Below, piece after piece: positions 1 to 10,412 of a stretch of 64,000 nucleotides of DNA. This DNA is from Candidatus Berkelbacteria bacterium (lineage in GTDB: Bacteria > Patescibacteriota > UBA1384 > 2-12-FULL-50-11). Every line of letters starts with the position of its first letter. Within the stretch, counting starts at the first letter, position 1. Made by a program: the position numbers and the translations under genes. The notes under the pieces were generated by a model that worked only from the letters and a program-made list of their open reading frames with translations, made no database searches and was not told the origin of the DNA. The stretch is from contig CP066697.1 in assembly GCA_016432625.1 (NCBI GenBank), positions 458,561 through 522,560 of the forward strand. The letters run 5' to 3'.

Positions 1-460
1 GCGGTGACTGGTCGGTGTCGAAGAGATACGAGAATTCGCCTGGGAATTCTGTCGTACGGCATAGCCGATAGCGATAGCCCTGGTAGTCCCAGATGCCGCT
101 GCGCTCGTCTTTGCTGTCCTTGCCGTTGGCGCTTTCGCCAACGCAGATCCAGACTCGTTCTATCCTCTTGAAACCCCGCGCAATGATGCGCAGATCCAAG
201 ACGGTGCCGCGGGGAACTTGCGGGTAGTACCCGGTGATTGCCGAGTACGAGCCGCCGAGGTTGTCTTCGCGAGTGCCTCCTGTGTCGTACGCCGAAGCGT
301 TGAACGACATGGAAACGCTCTGCCGAAGCCGTTCCTCAGTTTTCCCCAGCCACTGCACGCCGAGCGTGTGCTGGGCTTGCTGTGTGGCAGCAAAAGTTGT
401 CGGGGCGACGCCCATAACGAGCGCCGCGAGAACTACGAATAGTCTGAGCATCCGATACAC
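1..460 (-). CDS. Partial (5'-complete, 3' runs off window) secreted protein; signal peptide MLRLFVVLAALVMGVAPTTFA; possible 3D/RlpA-like fold
   Basis: Open frame of >150 codons with no stop on the minus strand, from ATG at 449-451 (GTG at 458-460 possible), preceded by GGAGGTGA RBS. Region is GC-rich (~58%) compared with the rest of the window. Not in the ORF track because it has no stop inside the window. Confidence 0.35.
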   Translation of the reverse strand, partial: MYRMLRLFVVLAALVMGVAPTTFAATQQAQHTLGVQWLGKTEERLRQSVSMSFNASAYDTGGTREDNLGGSYSAITGYYPQVPRGTVLDLRIIARGFKRIERVWICVGESANGKDSKDERSGIWDYQGYRYRLCRTTEFPGEFSYLFDTDQSP

Positions 461-810
461 GGGCTCACCTCCATTTGTCGTTGGTAACATAAGTTTCTGT
501 CCTGCTTGTAAAACAACGCACTGAGCGTCGTGGTCGCCTTACTTGCAGGCGCCGTCTCAGCCAGGAGAAGGGCAGGAGGAATATTGCCGGGATGAGCAAG
601 CTCAACCCATATGGCAACTCTCCCTAGTCCCAGCCGAGACGGCACCTACAAGCGTTTACCATCGCGCTTAATGTACGACGGGATAATAGCATATGCCTAC
701 CTAAAAGTCAATCATTATAGCAGGTATTTCGCATATACTATTTATATACTTTTAGTTGCCGAAAAATTAACTCACCGTTAGCGGGAATGCACAATTACCT
801 TTAAGGCTTA

Positions 811-2148
811 TTACCGTGGCACGTATTCTGTGCCGTCGTCGGTATCTAGAACGTCGTACCCTAGCTGAAGTAGTTCCGCCTTACGGTTATCAGCCGTCAG
901 GAAGTCCTTTTTTTCTCTAGCGCTATACCTATCAGCGGCTAAGCGTTGGGCTGGCGGGTCTTCTTCCACTTTTCGATAGACAAGGCCGAAGATTGCAAAA
1001 AGCTTGTCGGTATCCTCAAGGCTTATCTCCGTCGCGTTCTGTGACCAGATCTGTAAAGCTAGGGGGGTATCAAGATCGTCCTCGAGAGCAGCGATGATTT
1101 GTCCCCATATCTCCGCGTTAGTTTCCGACGGCAAATTACGGTAGGCGCCGAAAATTTTCTTTCTTAAAGCGACGCCCTGCTCCATATTTGCTCTGGTATA
1201 GTCGAATGGGCGACGATAATGAGTTTGATACATTGCCAGGCGAATTTCGTTTGGCGAGAAGTCTTCTAAGATTTCTTGGATCAGAATGGTGTTCTTGAGC
1301 GACTTACTCATCTTCTGACCGTTTACCGTTAACATACCGCCGTGAATCCAGAAATTGGCCATAGTTTTACCTGTTAGCGCCTCTGTCTGGGCGATCTCAT
1401 TCTCGTGGTGCGGAAAAATATGCTCAATAGCTGAACCGTGAATGTCAAAAGTATCGCCCAAATACTTGCGACTCATCGTCGAACACTCGATATGCCAACC
1501 AGGAAAACCCCTGCCCCAGGGCGAGTCCCAGACCAGTTCGTTGGCCCCAAACGGCGCTGCTTTCCACAGGGCAAAATCTGCTGGTGACAGTTTGTCTTTA
1601 GCAGGTTCAGTTCTGGTGCCGGTGACAATTTCAGCAATACCCCGATGGCTTAACTTGCCGTAGTCTTGTTTTCTCGAGACACGAAAATATACATTTCCTT
1701 CAGATGTAGCATATGCGAACCCCTTTTTAATAAGTTCCTCAACAAACTTGATTATTTCCTTGATATGGGAGGAGGCTTTCGGGTACTCATCAGGTTCGAG
1801 GATATTCAGGCGTGACATATCCCTCTTATGAGCCTCGCTAAACTGTTCGATTACCTGCACAGTAGTCTCGCCAGTCTCCTGAGCCTTCTGCCTTATCTTA
1901 TCTTTACCTGATTCGGCGTCGTTCATCAGGTGGCCGACGTCAGTGATATTCTGGATATAATTCACCTCGAAGCCCTCGTAGCGAAGTACCCGGTTTAAAA
2001 GGTCGAAGCTCAAATATGTCCGGGCGTGCCCAATATGGTCATAGTCGTAGACAGTAGGGCCGCAAACATACATCCGAACCTTATGCGGCTCAATAGAATA
2101 GAAGGGTTCCTTTTTTGTCGTCAAAGTATTGTAAAGCTCTAAAGCCAT
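811..2148 (-). CDS. cysS: Cysteinyl-tRNA synthetase
   Basis: Class I aaRS with HIGH (DHIGHART) and KMSKS motifs; CysRS-like 445 aa. Confidence 0.9.
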   Translation of the reverse strand: MALELYNTLTTKKEPFYSIEPHKVRMYVCGPTVYDYDHIGHARTYLSFDLLNRVLRYEGFEVNYIQNITDVGHLMNDAESGKDKIRQKAQETGETTVQVIEQFSEAHKRDMSRLNILEPDEYPKASSHIKEIIKFVEELIKKGFAYATSEGNVYFRVSRKQDYGKLSHRGIAEIVTGTRTEPAKDKLSPADFALWKAAPFGANELVWDSPWGRGFPGWHIECSTMSRKYLGDTFDIHGSAIEHIFPHHENEIAQTEALTGKTMANFWIHGGMLTVNGQKMSKSLKNTILIQEILEDFSPNEIRLAMYQTHYRRPFDYTRANMEQGVALRKKIFGAYRNLPSETNAEIWGQIIAALEDDLDTPLALQIWSQNATEISLEDTDKLFAIFGLVYRKVEEDPPAQRLAADRYSAREKKDFLTADNRKAELLQLGYDVLDTDDGTEYVPR

Positions 2149-2208
2149 TACCTTACTTTTACCTTAATTTTTTTCCGGAGAACAGGCCGGCAGGTGTAGT
2201 GCTGGCTG

Positions 2209-2487
2209 CTATTCGTCACCGTCGCCGTAGTCGTCGTGAGTATCGTCCTGGGACTCTTCTTCCTGAAGGCGCTCGAGTGAGAGCTCTTGGCCATCTTCTG
2301 CCCCGCCACCTTCTGTTTGTTCGCTCAGGGATTCGTCCTCGTCTGACTCGCTGACAGCGCTGCGGTGCTTTGCAGGCGCATCAAGCGTCATCATGCGGCC
2401 GCTACAGTTAGGGCAAATTTCATTGGGGATCGGGGAGGTAAAGCCGCAATCCTCACAGGCGAATTCTTGATCTACAGTGTGTTCCAT
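2209..2487 (-). CDS. Small zinc-ribbon protein (CxxC...CxxC) with highly acidic C-terminal tail
   Basis: CEDCG...CPNCSG motif followed by a D/E-rich tail; sits between cysS and recR, where ybaB usually precedes recR. Confidence 0.5.
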   Translation of the reverse strand: MEHTVDQEFACEDCGFTSPIPNEICPNCSGRMMTLDAPAKHRSAVSESDEDESLSEQTEGGGAEDGQELSLERLQEEESQDDTHDDYGDGDE

Positions 2488-2531
2488 AGGGCAATATTAG
2501 CGAAAGTTAAAACAAAATTACAGTTATGTTA

Positions 2532-3164
2532 CTACTCATTGTGATACGAACGACGACCCTCCAGGGCCCGGCTTAAAGTTAGTTCGTCAGCATACTCAAG
2601 ATCGCCACCAACCGGCAAGCCGCGTGCCAAGCGTGTGACAATTATTTCAGCGGCGATATTCTTGGCTTGCTGTTTATTTTTTACCTGCTCATCAATGTAG
2701 AGCGCTGTCGCTTCGCCTTCGAGCGACGGATCAGTCGCTAGGATAACTTCCTTAATTTCGTTACCCTCAAGACGTTTTAGTAGGTGGTCAATTGCTAAGT
2801 TTTCGGGGCCAACGTTGTTAATTGGCGAGATTTGGCCGCCAAGCACGTGATAACGACCAGTGAAGCGGGCTTTCTCCAGAGCTAAAACGTCTAGTGATTC
2901 CTCAACGACTGCTAGTTTCTCACGCTCGCGACTTGTGTCGGAGCAAATCGGACACGGGTCGGCTTCGGCAACAATATGGCAAGTTGAACAGCTGACTACG
3001 TTCCCTTTTAGCTCAGAAAAAGCTTTGCCAAATTCTTCGAGCTCTTCGTCCTTGCGTCCTAACAAGTAGAACGTCAAACGGTTGGCCGTTTTTGGGCCAA
3101 CACCAGGCAGGCTAGACAAAACCTGCGACAATCTCTCCACGGCTTTCGGTAAAACGCTCTTCAT
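2532..3164 (-). CDS. recR: Recombination protein RecR
   Basis: HhH motif GVGPKTA, C4 zinc finger CSTCHIVAEADPCPIC, Toprim domain. Confidence 0.9.
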   Translation of the reverse strand: MKSVLPKAVERLSQVLSSLPGVGPKTANRLTFYLLGRKDEELEEFGKAFSELKGNVVSCSTCHIVAEADPCPICSDTSREREKLAVVEESLDVLALEKARFTGRYHVLGGQISPINNVGPENLAIDHLLKRLEGNEIKEVILATDPSLEGEATALYIDEQVKNKQQAKNIAAEIIVTRLARGLPVGGDLEYADELTLSRALEGRRSYHNE

Positions 3165-3182
3165 AGCTGCAAGGGCATTGTA

Positions 3183-5411
3183 CTAACTTTTTACTTCAGG
3201 ACTAGCCCCAGCTGGCTCTTTGGTGTAGTCGCACTGACTGCAGGCAAGCCCGGCGCGCTTCTTTACCAAGATATTGCTGCATTGTGGGCATTTTTCGCTT
3301 GTTGGCTCGTCCCAAAACGCAGTCTTGCAAGACGGGTAGCCAGAGCAGCCCCAGAAAGCTTTGCCACGACGAGTCATCTTGCGTACTAATTCTTTGCCAC
3401 AGTTAGGGCAAGGCACGCTCGAAGCAATAACAAGCGCCTTGGTGAACTTACATTTTGGGTAATTAGAGCAGCCAAAAAACGTACCGAACCGTCCCTGTTT
3501 TAAAACGAGCTTGCCGTCTTTGCATTTTTCACACGCGCCGCCTTCTTGCTCGTCAACGGCTTTTTGCTCGTCTTTGTCCATGTTCTCAGTAATCGGCGCC
3601 GTATATTTACATTCCGGAAAGCCTGTACAGGCGTAGAACTTGCCGTAACGGCCAAGCTTAATTACCAGCGGTTTATGACACTCCGGACACTTCTCATCGG
3701 TTTTCTCCTCGACGATAGATTTCTTGTCGACAGTTTTTTCGCCTTTGGCAAGCAATTCGGCGAACGGTTTATAAAATTCGTCAAGAACAGTATTCAACTT
3801 TTTCTTGCCCTCGGCGATGTCATCTAACTCATCCTCCATTTCGGCGGTGAAGTTAAAATCAACCACCGTTGGAAAGTGCTCAACGAGTAAGTCGTTAACG
3901 ATGCCGGCGACGTCTTCCGGAACAAATCGTCCGACCTGCTTTGTGACGTAACCGCGTTCGACGATTGTCGACATCGTTGGCGCGTACGTTGATGGTCGGC
4001 CAATGCCGCGTTTTTCCAGTTCCTTTACCAGCGTCGCTTCGGAATAGCGCGCCGGGGGTTGAGTGAAATGTTGTGTTGGTTCCAGTTTTTTGAAAGTCAC
4101 GCTCTCCCCTTCCGCTAATTCTGGGAGTGCGACGAAGCGCTCTTCGTCGTCGGGAAAAACCTTCAAGAAGCCTTCAAACTTTAGGTCGCGGCCGCGAGCG
4201 ATTAACTTTGTGCCGTCACCAGACTCGATAGTTGCGGTGGTGGTTTCAACTTTTGCTGGCGTCATCTGTGAGGCCATAGCAGCACGCCAAATTAATTCAT
4301 AAAGTTTGAAATGATCACGATCGAGCTTATCCTTAAGCATCGTTGGGGATAGGTTGAAGTTAGTTGGTCGAATTGCTTCGTGCGCCTCCTGTGCTCCCCG
4401 AACTTTTTTGGTATAAACGTTCGGCTTGGCCGGAGCATATTTTGCTCCAAAATCAGAAACGATCACTGAGGCGGCTTGTTTACGAGCTTGCTCAGCCAGG
4501 TTGTACGAGTCGGTCCTCATGTAAGTGATTAAGGCCACCGTGCCCATACCGGCAATATCCACACCTTCATAAAGGTCTTGGGCAATTTTCATCGTCTTCT
4601 TGGCGGCGAAATGGCAAAAGCGCGCCGACTGTTGTTGCAGAGTAGAAGTAATGAGCGGCGGTTGAGGATTAAGTTGGGAATCGGCAGTCTCGACGCTACT
4701 GACTTTTAACGAAGCACCCTTGAGTTTGGCGGCAAGTTTTTCGATATCCGCCCTCTTCTCAACTTCCAACGGTTTGGTCGAACTTTTTTCTGAAACATAA
4801 GAATCAAACTCGCCGTTCTTGCTTTTAAGCGTGGCGTCTAGTGTCCAGAATTCACGGGTTTTGAACTCGCTAATTTCCCGCTCGCGCTCGACAATTAGCC
4901 GCACAGCGACTGACTGGACTCGTCCTGCCGATAAGCCGCGGTAAACTTTTTTCCAAAGAAACGGCGAGAGCTTATAGCCAACTAGGCGGTCAAGAATTCG
5001 TCTTGCCTGTTGCGCGTCAACCAAATCGGCGTCGATTGTTCGCGGATGATCGATGGCTTCTTGAATCGCTGACTTGGTAATCTCATGAAAAGTGATTCGC
5101 TTTGGCTCAGACTTCGGCTTCAGGAGCTCTGTTAAATGCCAGGCGATTGCTTCTCCTTCGCGATCAAAGTCCGTTGCGAGATACAGTTCGTCGGTCTTCT
5201 TAACCGCTTCGCGAAGTTCGCTAACGACGGTCTTCGCCTTAGCGATCGGCAGGTAATCGACAGAATAATTGTGCTCAACGTCAATACCGAGCTTGCTTTT
5301 CGGCAAGTCACGAACGTGGCCGTATGAAGCTTTGACGACGTAATCGCTACCTAAATATTGTGAAATAGTTTTTGCCTTGGCGGGAGATTCAACAATTACC
5401 AACTTCTTCAT
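3183..5411 (-). CDS. topA: DNA topoisomerase I with four C-terminal Zn ribbons
   Basis: Toprim N-terminus, topo IA core, repeated CxxC-x-CxxC C-terminal zinc ribbons. Confidence 0.9.
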   Translation of the reverse strand: MKKLVIVESPAKAKTISQYLGSDYVVKASYGHVRDLPKSKLGIDVEHNYSVDYLPIAKAKTVVSELREAVKKTDELYLATDFDREGEAIAWHLTELLKPKSEPKRITFHEITKSAIQEAIDHPRTIDADLVDAQQARRILDRLVGYKLSPFLWKKVYRGLSAGRVQSVAVRLIVEREREISEFKTREFWTLDATLKSKNGEFDSYVSEKSSTKPLEVEKRADIEKLAAKLKGASLKVSSVETADSQLNPQPPLITSTLQQQSARFCHFAAKKTMKIAQDLYEGVDIAGMGTVALITYMRTDSYNLAEQARKQAASVIVSDFGAKYAPAKPNVYTKKVRGAQEAHEAIRPTNFNLSPTMLKDKLDRDHFKLYELIWRAAMASQMTPAKVETTTATIESGDGTKLIARGRDLKFEGFLKVFPDDEERFVALPELAEGESVTFKKLEPTQHFTQPPARYSEATLVKELEKRGIGRPSTYAPTMSTIVERGYVTKQVGRFVPEDVAGIVNDLLVEHFPTVVDFNFTAEMEDELDDIAEGKKKLNTVLDEFYKPFAELLAKGEKTVDKKSIVEEKTDEKCPECHKPLVIKLGRYGKFYACTGFPECKYTAPITENMDKDEQKAVDEQEGGACEKCKDGKLVLKQGRFGTFFGCSNYPKCKFTKALVIASSVPCPNCGKELVRKMTRRGKAFWGCSGYPSCKTAFWDEPTSEKCPQCSNILVKKRAGLACSQCDYTKEPAGASPEVKS

Positions 5412-5457
5412 CTATAAAGTTTTCTCTGCTGGTCGTGCTGACAAGTTTTCTTCATGG

Positions 5458-6552
5458 TTATTTTATCTGCTGATACTGTCCAGGATGAACTTGGTAGATC
5501 ACACCGGCAAGTTCGAGCTCCGTTATTAATCCTAATACCTCTTCTATATTTTGCCCAGTTTCGCTCACTATAGCGTCTAGATCCAGAGCCCGATCAGTAA
5601 GTAAGTTTAGAAGTCTTGCCTGCTCACTGTCAACGGCCACTCGTTCGGTGCTGTTATTTTCCAGGCCGTAGTATTGAAGAAGTTGACTCGGGTCGTCTAG
5701 AAGTATCGCGCCGTGCTTAATAAGCATGTTCGTACCTTCGGCCTGAGTCCGAGTAATGTCAGCGGGAATGGCAAAAATGTCGCGGTTGTAATCAAGAGCA
5801 GATTTAGCGGTGGTCAGCGACCCTGAACGAATTTTTGCTTCGACGATTACTGTCGCGGGCGAGAGCGCTGCGCCGATACGATTACGAACTGGAAATTTGT
5901 AAGGCTGTGGGCGACTTAAGGGCGGGTACTCGCTAAGCAGCAAGCCACCAGAATCAATAATATTCTCCGCTAAATTGGTGTGGTCGGTGGGGTAAATGCC
6001 GTCAAGGCCCCCGGCAAGAACTGCGATTGTCCTTCCTTTATACCGTAGACTGAGTTCGTGTACCGATTTATCAACGCCGTAAGCCAGACCAGAAACAGTT
6101 GTAATGTTGGTTAGTAGCTCGGGCAGGAGAAGTTTTTTCAGCGCCTCTTGGGCGTACGTACTCGGCTTACGCGTGCCAACAACTGTTAGAGTTTTAGCTT
6201 CACTTTGAGCCCCTAAGTCCCCGCGATAATAAAGCCAGAGCGGCAAATCAGGAATTTCTTTTAAAAGCGCGGGGTAATGTGCGTCGTCTACAGTTATAAG
6301 CTTAATGTCGCGGCTCTTTAGCAATTTCATCTCACGACTGACATCGGTATCACGATCTCTAAAACACTCCGCCTGATGTTGGGTCAAGCCGGCAGCGATT
6401 AAGTCTTTTGTTTTAGCAGCCAATAATTCTGTGGCTGATTTGAAACCACGACGGAGCTTTTGCCAGGAGAGCGGACCAATTACCTCAAGTCTAGATAAAG
6501 AGATAATCTCCTCTAACGATACATCTTTAAAGTAGCCGGAAGTCTTCGACAT
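5458..6552 (-). CDS. dprA: DNA processing protein A (Smf)
   Basis: DprA Rossmann core (GLAYGVD...AVLAGGLD); conserved dprA-topA pair. Confidence 0.85.
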   Translation of the reverse strand: MSKTSGYFKDVSLEEIISLSRLEVIGPLSWQKLRRGFKSATELLAAKTKDLIAAGLTQHQAECFRDRDTDVSREMKLLKSRDIKLITVDDAHYPALLKEIPDLPLWLYYRGDLGAQSEAKTLTVVGTRKPSTYAQEALKKLLLPELLTNITTVSGLAYGVDKSVHELSLRYKGRTIAVLAGGLDGIYPTDHTNLAENIIDSGGLLLSEYPPLSRPQPYKFPVRNRIGAALSPATVIVEAKIRSGSLTTAKSALDYNRDIFAIPADITRTQAEGTNMLIKHGAILLDDPSQLLQYYGLENNSTERVAVDSEQARLLNLLTDRALDLDAIVSETGQNIEEVLGLITELELAGVIYQVHPGQYQQIK

Positions 6553-6917
6553 ATCACTAATATTACACGTCTAGCTGTGCAAATTCCTAAGTAAAATTAG
6601 CGATGAGACTCTTGACTATTGTTAGGTGTCGTGTTAAATTCCTTCAGCACTTAAAAAACAAACGCATATAGCGAGGGTTCCCTTCCTTCTCATTCTAAAG
6701 ACCAATACGAAAATCAATCAGCGTATCGGAAGCGAGTGGGCTAGGTCCCATAGGGCCACGAGCTGAGATCGAGGGCGAGTCACCGCAGGAGTGACGAGAC
6801 CCGACTGATAGATGTTCGTATTGGTAATCCCCGCTTTCTGCGTTCAGCCAACCCGCGCCTTATTAAAATGCGCGAAATAATTCTTAACGAGGCTGGTGAG
6901 GATGTAGGGAGATTTTC

Positions 6918-6953
6918 GGGAAAGGCCTCGGCATTTATGTCGGGGCCTTTCCC
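6918..6953 (-). terminator. Hairpin terminator downstream of pepF
   Basis: GGGAAAGGCC...GGCCTTTCCC 10-bp stem immediately after the pepF stop. Confidence 0.4.
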
Positions 6954-6960
6954 TTACTCC

Positions 6961-8769
6961 CTAAATTTTTTTCAACTTTTTGGCCAGTTTTTCAGTTTCG
7001 CGTAAAAGCTGTTCGACTTCGTCTAGGCCTTGATCCCAGAATGCCTTGTCTTCGATATCAATCCCCAGTGCTAGAAAAATGTTTTTTGGAGAAACGGACG
7101 AGCCGGCCGATAGGAATTCTTTAATCTTAAGAATGAAAGTGGGCTCTTGGCGGAACTTACGCTGGAGTGCTTTAGAAATTAAAAGCCCGCTTGCGTAGGA
7201 ATATACATAAAACGGACGGCGAAAATGGTGCCATCCAACCCACCAATTCTCGCTGCCAGGAGACTGCTCTACTGTTGGACCCATGTACGAGCGCATGTGT
7301 TCTTGGAATATATTCCCAATTTCTTCTTTAGAAAGGTAACCTCGCTGACGGTATTCCTTGTGTAACTCCTGCTCACATTTATAAGCAGCCACTTGCCTTA
7401 TAATTGTCGAGATGTCATCGCCCAGTTTCATTACCATTACTGCTAGTCGTAACTCATCGTCGGCATCCTTGAGTAGCTCGTCAACTGTGAAATCTTCCAT
7501 AAAAGTACTAGCCACCTCCGCGGTCGCAAGCGGCGTGTGTGCATAAGTCGCAGGCTGTCGCTTCTTAATTAATTCGTCATTTATTCCGTGCCCAACTTCG
7601 TGAGCAAGCGTCGTCACGTCACGAAAACTGTCAGTATGGTTGAGTAATATGTAGGTCGGTAAGCTGACCAAATACATTGTGCAAAATGCCCCGGCTCGTT
7701 TGCCCTTTTTGGGGAACACATCAATTTGCCCGTTTTCGACAAACTTCTCAAAAATCTCCACAAATTCTTCATCAACCTTGGACAATGCGCTTCGGACAAC
7801 GTCGAGTGCTTTATCGTAAGAATAGTTGTGATCGATATCGCCGTACTTAATACTCCGCTCATGATACGCAAGCTTCGATACACCGAGCAGACGAGCTTTA
7901 AGCGCGTAATAACGATGGGCAATTTTAAATCGCTTGCTCACAGCATCGACTAGCGCATCAACGACCGTGCTGTCAATATCGTCTGCTAAATGTCGGGCGG
8001 CATCGGGACGTGTATATCCACGAAGTTCATCACTGACCTTTTTAGTTTCCAAAATGGCATTCAGCTCATTCTCTGCGACCTCAACATGCTGAAATAAGAT
8101 ATCGTTTATGGCAGCTGCTGCGTCGTCTCTAACCTTTTTGTTTTTGCTAAATATCACGTGGTGTAACTTGCTGTAGTTAGTTTTTGAGCGTTTGCCGTCC
8201 TCGAGTAACACCACTCTTTCTTCTTTTGCCAGGAACCCGCTAACCATTTCGGTCCAACGGCTGTATGCCGACGGGTGAAGTAATGAGAAAACGCGCTCTT
8301 CTGGGTCGGTAAGAAAATGTTCCGCCTGCTTAAACAGACGGGCAAGGAATCTATGATACTTTTTGAGTTTCGGACTATTCAAGAATATTTCTTGCTGGGC
8401 TTCGGAAATTTTTCCCAAGTTGAGCCGAAAGAACCTTATGGCGTTAGAATTATTTTTGCCAACCTCGTTAATTTTATTATTTCGAGCTTTGATAGTCGGG
8501 TCGTTTAAGTCGAGGTTACTTTTAAGGCCGAAGTAATATCCCGGCTTTCCCTCCATCCCAAGGCGAGCAGCTATCTGTTCGCCTTCTTCGAGAGCGTCAA
8601 GAAGAGCCTCTGGGTCACGAAGATAATCGTCGCGCTTTCTCCATTTGTTGGCGTAACTACTAACGACACGAGAAATCTCTTGTAGATCTCTCTCTATTTG
8701 CGGATCGTCGTCTGATTTATATAGCGCTGTAAGATCCCAGTCGTGGGTATTGAGACGTTTACTTTTCAA
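6961..8769 (-). CDS. pepF: Oligoendopeptidase F (M3B metallopeptidase)
   Basis: HEVGHG zinc motif; 602 aa M3 fold. Confidence 0.85.
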   Translation of the reverse strand: MKSKRLNTHDWDLTALYKSDDDPQIERDLQEISRVVSSYANKWRKRDDYLRDPEALLDALEEGEQIAARLGMEGKPGYYFGLKSNLDLNDPTIKARNNKINEVGKNNSNAIRFFRLNLGKISEAQQEIFLNSPKLKKYHRFLARLFKQAEHFLTDPEERVFSLLHPSAYSRWTEMVSGFLAKEERVVLLEDGKRSKTNYSKLHHVIFSKNKKVRDDAAAAINDILFQHVEVAENELNAILETKKVSDELRGYTRPDAARHLADDIDSTVVDALVDAVSKRFKIAHRYYALKARLLGVSKLAYHERSIKYGDIDHNYSYDKALDVVRSALSKVDEEFVEIFEKFVENGQIDVFPKKGKRAGAFCTMYLVSLPTYILLNHTDSFRDVTTLAHEVGHGINDELIKKRQPATYAHTPLATAEVASTFMEDFTVDELLKDADDELRLAVMVMKLGDDISTIIRQVAAYKCEQELHKEYRQRGYLSKEEIGNIFQEHMRSYMGPTVEQSPGSENWWVGWHHFRRPFYVYSYASGLLISKALQRKFRQEPTFILKIKEFLSAGSSVSPKNIFLALGIDIEDKAFWDQGLDEVEQLLRETEKLAKKLKKI

Positions 8770-9184
8770 CTTCGATGCCCATAGACCGGGCTGTGCCTTC
8801 GATAATTCGTTCCGCTTGCTCGGTAGTGCGAGCGTTAAGATCTGCCATCTTATTTTCGGCGATCTCCCTTATTTGGGCACGGCTCACTTTGCCAACTTTC
8901 TCCTTTTTGGGTGTCTGAGAACCTTTCTGTAAGCCAGCCGCTTTGAGTAGCTGATTAGCAGCTGGTGGAGTTTTGGTAATAAAGGTGAAGGAGCGGTCTT
9001 CGTAGATTGAGAGTTCAACCGGCACGACCGTATCACCCATAGCGCGGGTCTGCTCATTGAACTGATTAACGAACTCCATCAAGTTGACGCCGTGCGGCCC
9101 TAAAGCAGTACCAACAGGTGGCGCCGGGGTGGCTCGGCCCGCCGGCACTTGAAGTTTAACGATAGTTTTTAATTTCTTTGCCAT
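8759..9184 (-). CDS. rplK: Ribosomal protein L11
   Basis: MAKK...[18 protein letters not shown]11 signature. Confidence 0.9.
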   Translation of the reverse strand: MAKKLKTIVKLQVPAGRATPAPPVGTALGPHGVNLMEFVNQFNEQTRAMGDTVVPVELSIYEDRSFTFITKTPPAANQLLKAAGLQKGSQTPKKEKVGKVSRAQIREIAENKMADLNARTTEQAERIIEGTARSMGIEVEK

Positions 9185-9194
9185 TTATATAAAT

Positions 9195-9785
9195 TTATAT
9201 CTTTTTAACTTGTAAGAAGTCTAAAGTCACCGGTGTTTCGCGGCCAAACATCGAAACTGAAACTTTAACGCGCCCTTTGTTTGGATCGACTTCGGTAATC
9301 TTACCTTCGTAACCCTTAAGTGGGCCGTCGTTGATACGAACTAAATCATCTTCACGTAAGTCGACAGTATGTTCCGGCTCAACCTGCGCCATTTTGGCCT
9401 TGATAGTTGTAATCTCGGTTTCAGGAATTGGGGTCGGTCGGACGCCAGAGCCCAAGAAACCGGTAACGCTAGGGGTGTTGCGCACGACGTACCAGGATTC
9501 GTCTGTAACAATCATGTTTACGAAAACATAACCAGGGAAGCTTCGTTTCTCGACTACTTTACGCTTACCGTTCTTAATTTCGATTTGTTTCTCTTTTGGC
9601 ACGATGACCTCGAAGATAAAGTCCTGGAGTTTTAGCGTCTCGGCTCGCTGGTTGATATTTTCAGCTACCTGATCTTCGTAGCCTGCGTAGGTGTGGATAA
9701 CGTACCAGCCGGCTTTGCCGGATTGGCGACTACCTGATGCTGGCTGCTCGTCCTTAGTTGGTTGAAATTCTAAATCGTCTTTCAT
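9195..9785 (-). CDS. nusG: Transcription antiterminator NusG
   Basis: NGN domain (WYVIHTYAGYE) plus C-terminal KOW. Confidence 0.9.
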   Translation of the reverse strand: MKDDLEFQPTKDEQPASGSRQSGKAGWYVIHTYAGYEDQVAENINQRAETLKLQDFIFEVIVPKEKQIEIKNGKRKVVEKRSFPGYVFVNMIVTDESWYVVRNTPSVTGFLGSGVRPTPIPETEITTIKAKMAQVEPEHTVDLREDDLVRINDGPLKGYEGKITEVDPNKGRVKVSVSMFGRETPVTLDFLQVKKI

Positions 9786-9973
9786 CGTTCGATTGCTAGA
9801 ATTACTAGTTTTTTCAGGCCGTAATCAAGGCTAGCAAAAATTAATACCGCTACGGCGACTGAAACAACGACCATAATCGTGTGACGGACAACGGTTTCTC
9901 TGGTAGGCCAAACGACTTTGCGTCCTTCCTCAACGGTTGATTTTAGGTAACCGAACGCAGCAATCCGTGCCAT
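9782..9973 (-). CDS. secE: Preprotein translocase SecE
   Basis: 63-aa single-TM protein in the canonical position before nusG. Confidence 0.8.
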   Translation of the reverse strand: MARIAAFGYLKSTVEEGRKVVWPTRETVVRHTIMVVVSVAVAVLIFASLDYGLKKLVILAIER

Positions 9974-10353
9974 TACTTCGCCTCTTTCTTGGTTCGCTTT
10001 GCCCCGGTAGCAGCTTTGGCAGAAGCTTTCTTGGCGGTTTTAGCCACCTTTTCCTCAATGGCAACAGCCTTCTTGACGCCGCCAATGGCGGTTACTTCTA
10101 AAACGGTTTGCGTTTGGCGGTGACCGTAGCGCTTGAGATAACGGACCTTGTTCTTGAACTTAAGGCCGTTAATTTTTTTGCCTAAACTGTGAGTAATGAC
10201 TTTAAGCGATACTGGCGAGCTGTCGTCGAGGCTTTTCAGCTCGAGGATTTCGCCTTCTTTGGCTTTGAGGCGATTGGTGGTAATACGAGTTCCGGCAGCC
10301 ACTAAGTGCTGCTTGCCGCCTAATTCAACTACAGAGAATAACGTATCGGTCAT
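9973..10353 (-). CDS. rplU: Ribosomal protein L21 with K/A-rich C-terminal extension
   Basis: VVELGGKQHLV and GHRQ motifs of L21; unusual placement upstream of secE. Confidence 0.8.
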   Translation of the reverse strand: MTDTLFSVVELGGKQHLVAAGTRITTNRLKAKEGEILELKSLDDSSPVSLKVITHSLGKKINGLKFKNKVRYLKRYGHRQTQTVLEVTAIGGVKKAVAIEEKVAKTAKKASAKAATGAKRTKKEAK

Positions 10354-10412
10354 AACATCAGTTATTGTACCCCTCGAGAGATATTAAGTCTAGTAGAAGA
10401 AGCCTGTTACCG

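Noticed and set aside
1-650. Prophage or integrative element at the GC-rich left end
   Set aside because: No integrase, no att repeat and no phage genes are visible in the window; only a compositional shift, so it is reported as an observation, not an element.
6700-6830. RNase P RNA assignment for the dprA-pepF gap
   Set aside because: Only short partial matches to P4-region consensus; the two halves are ~60 nt apart instead of ~280 nt, so it is not callable as RNase P without a covariance search.
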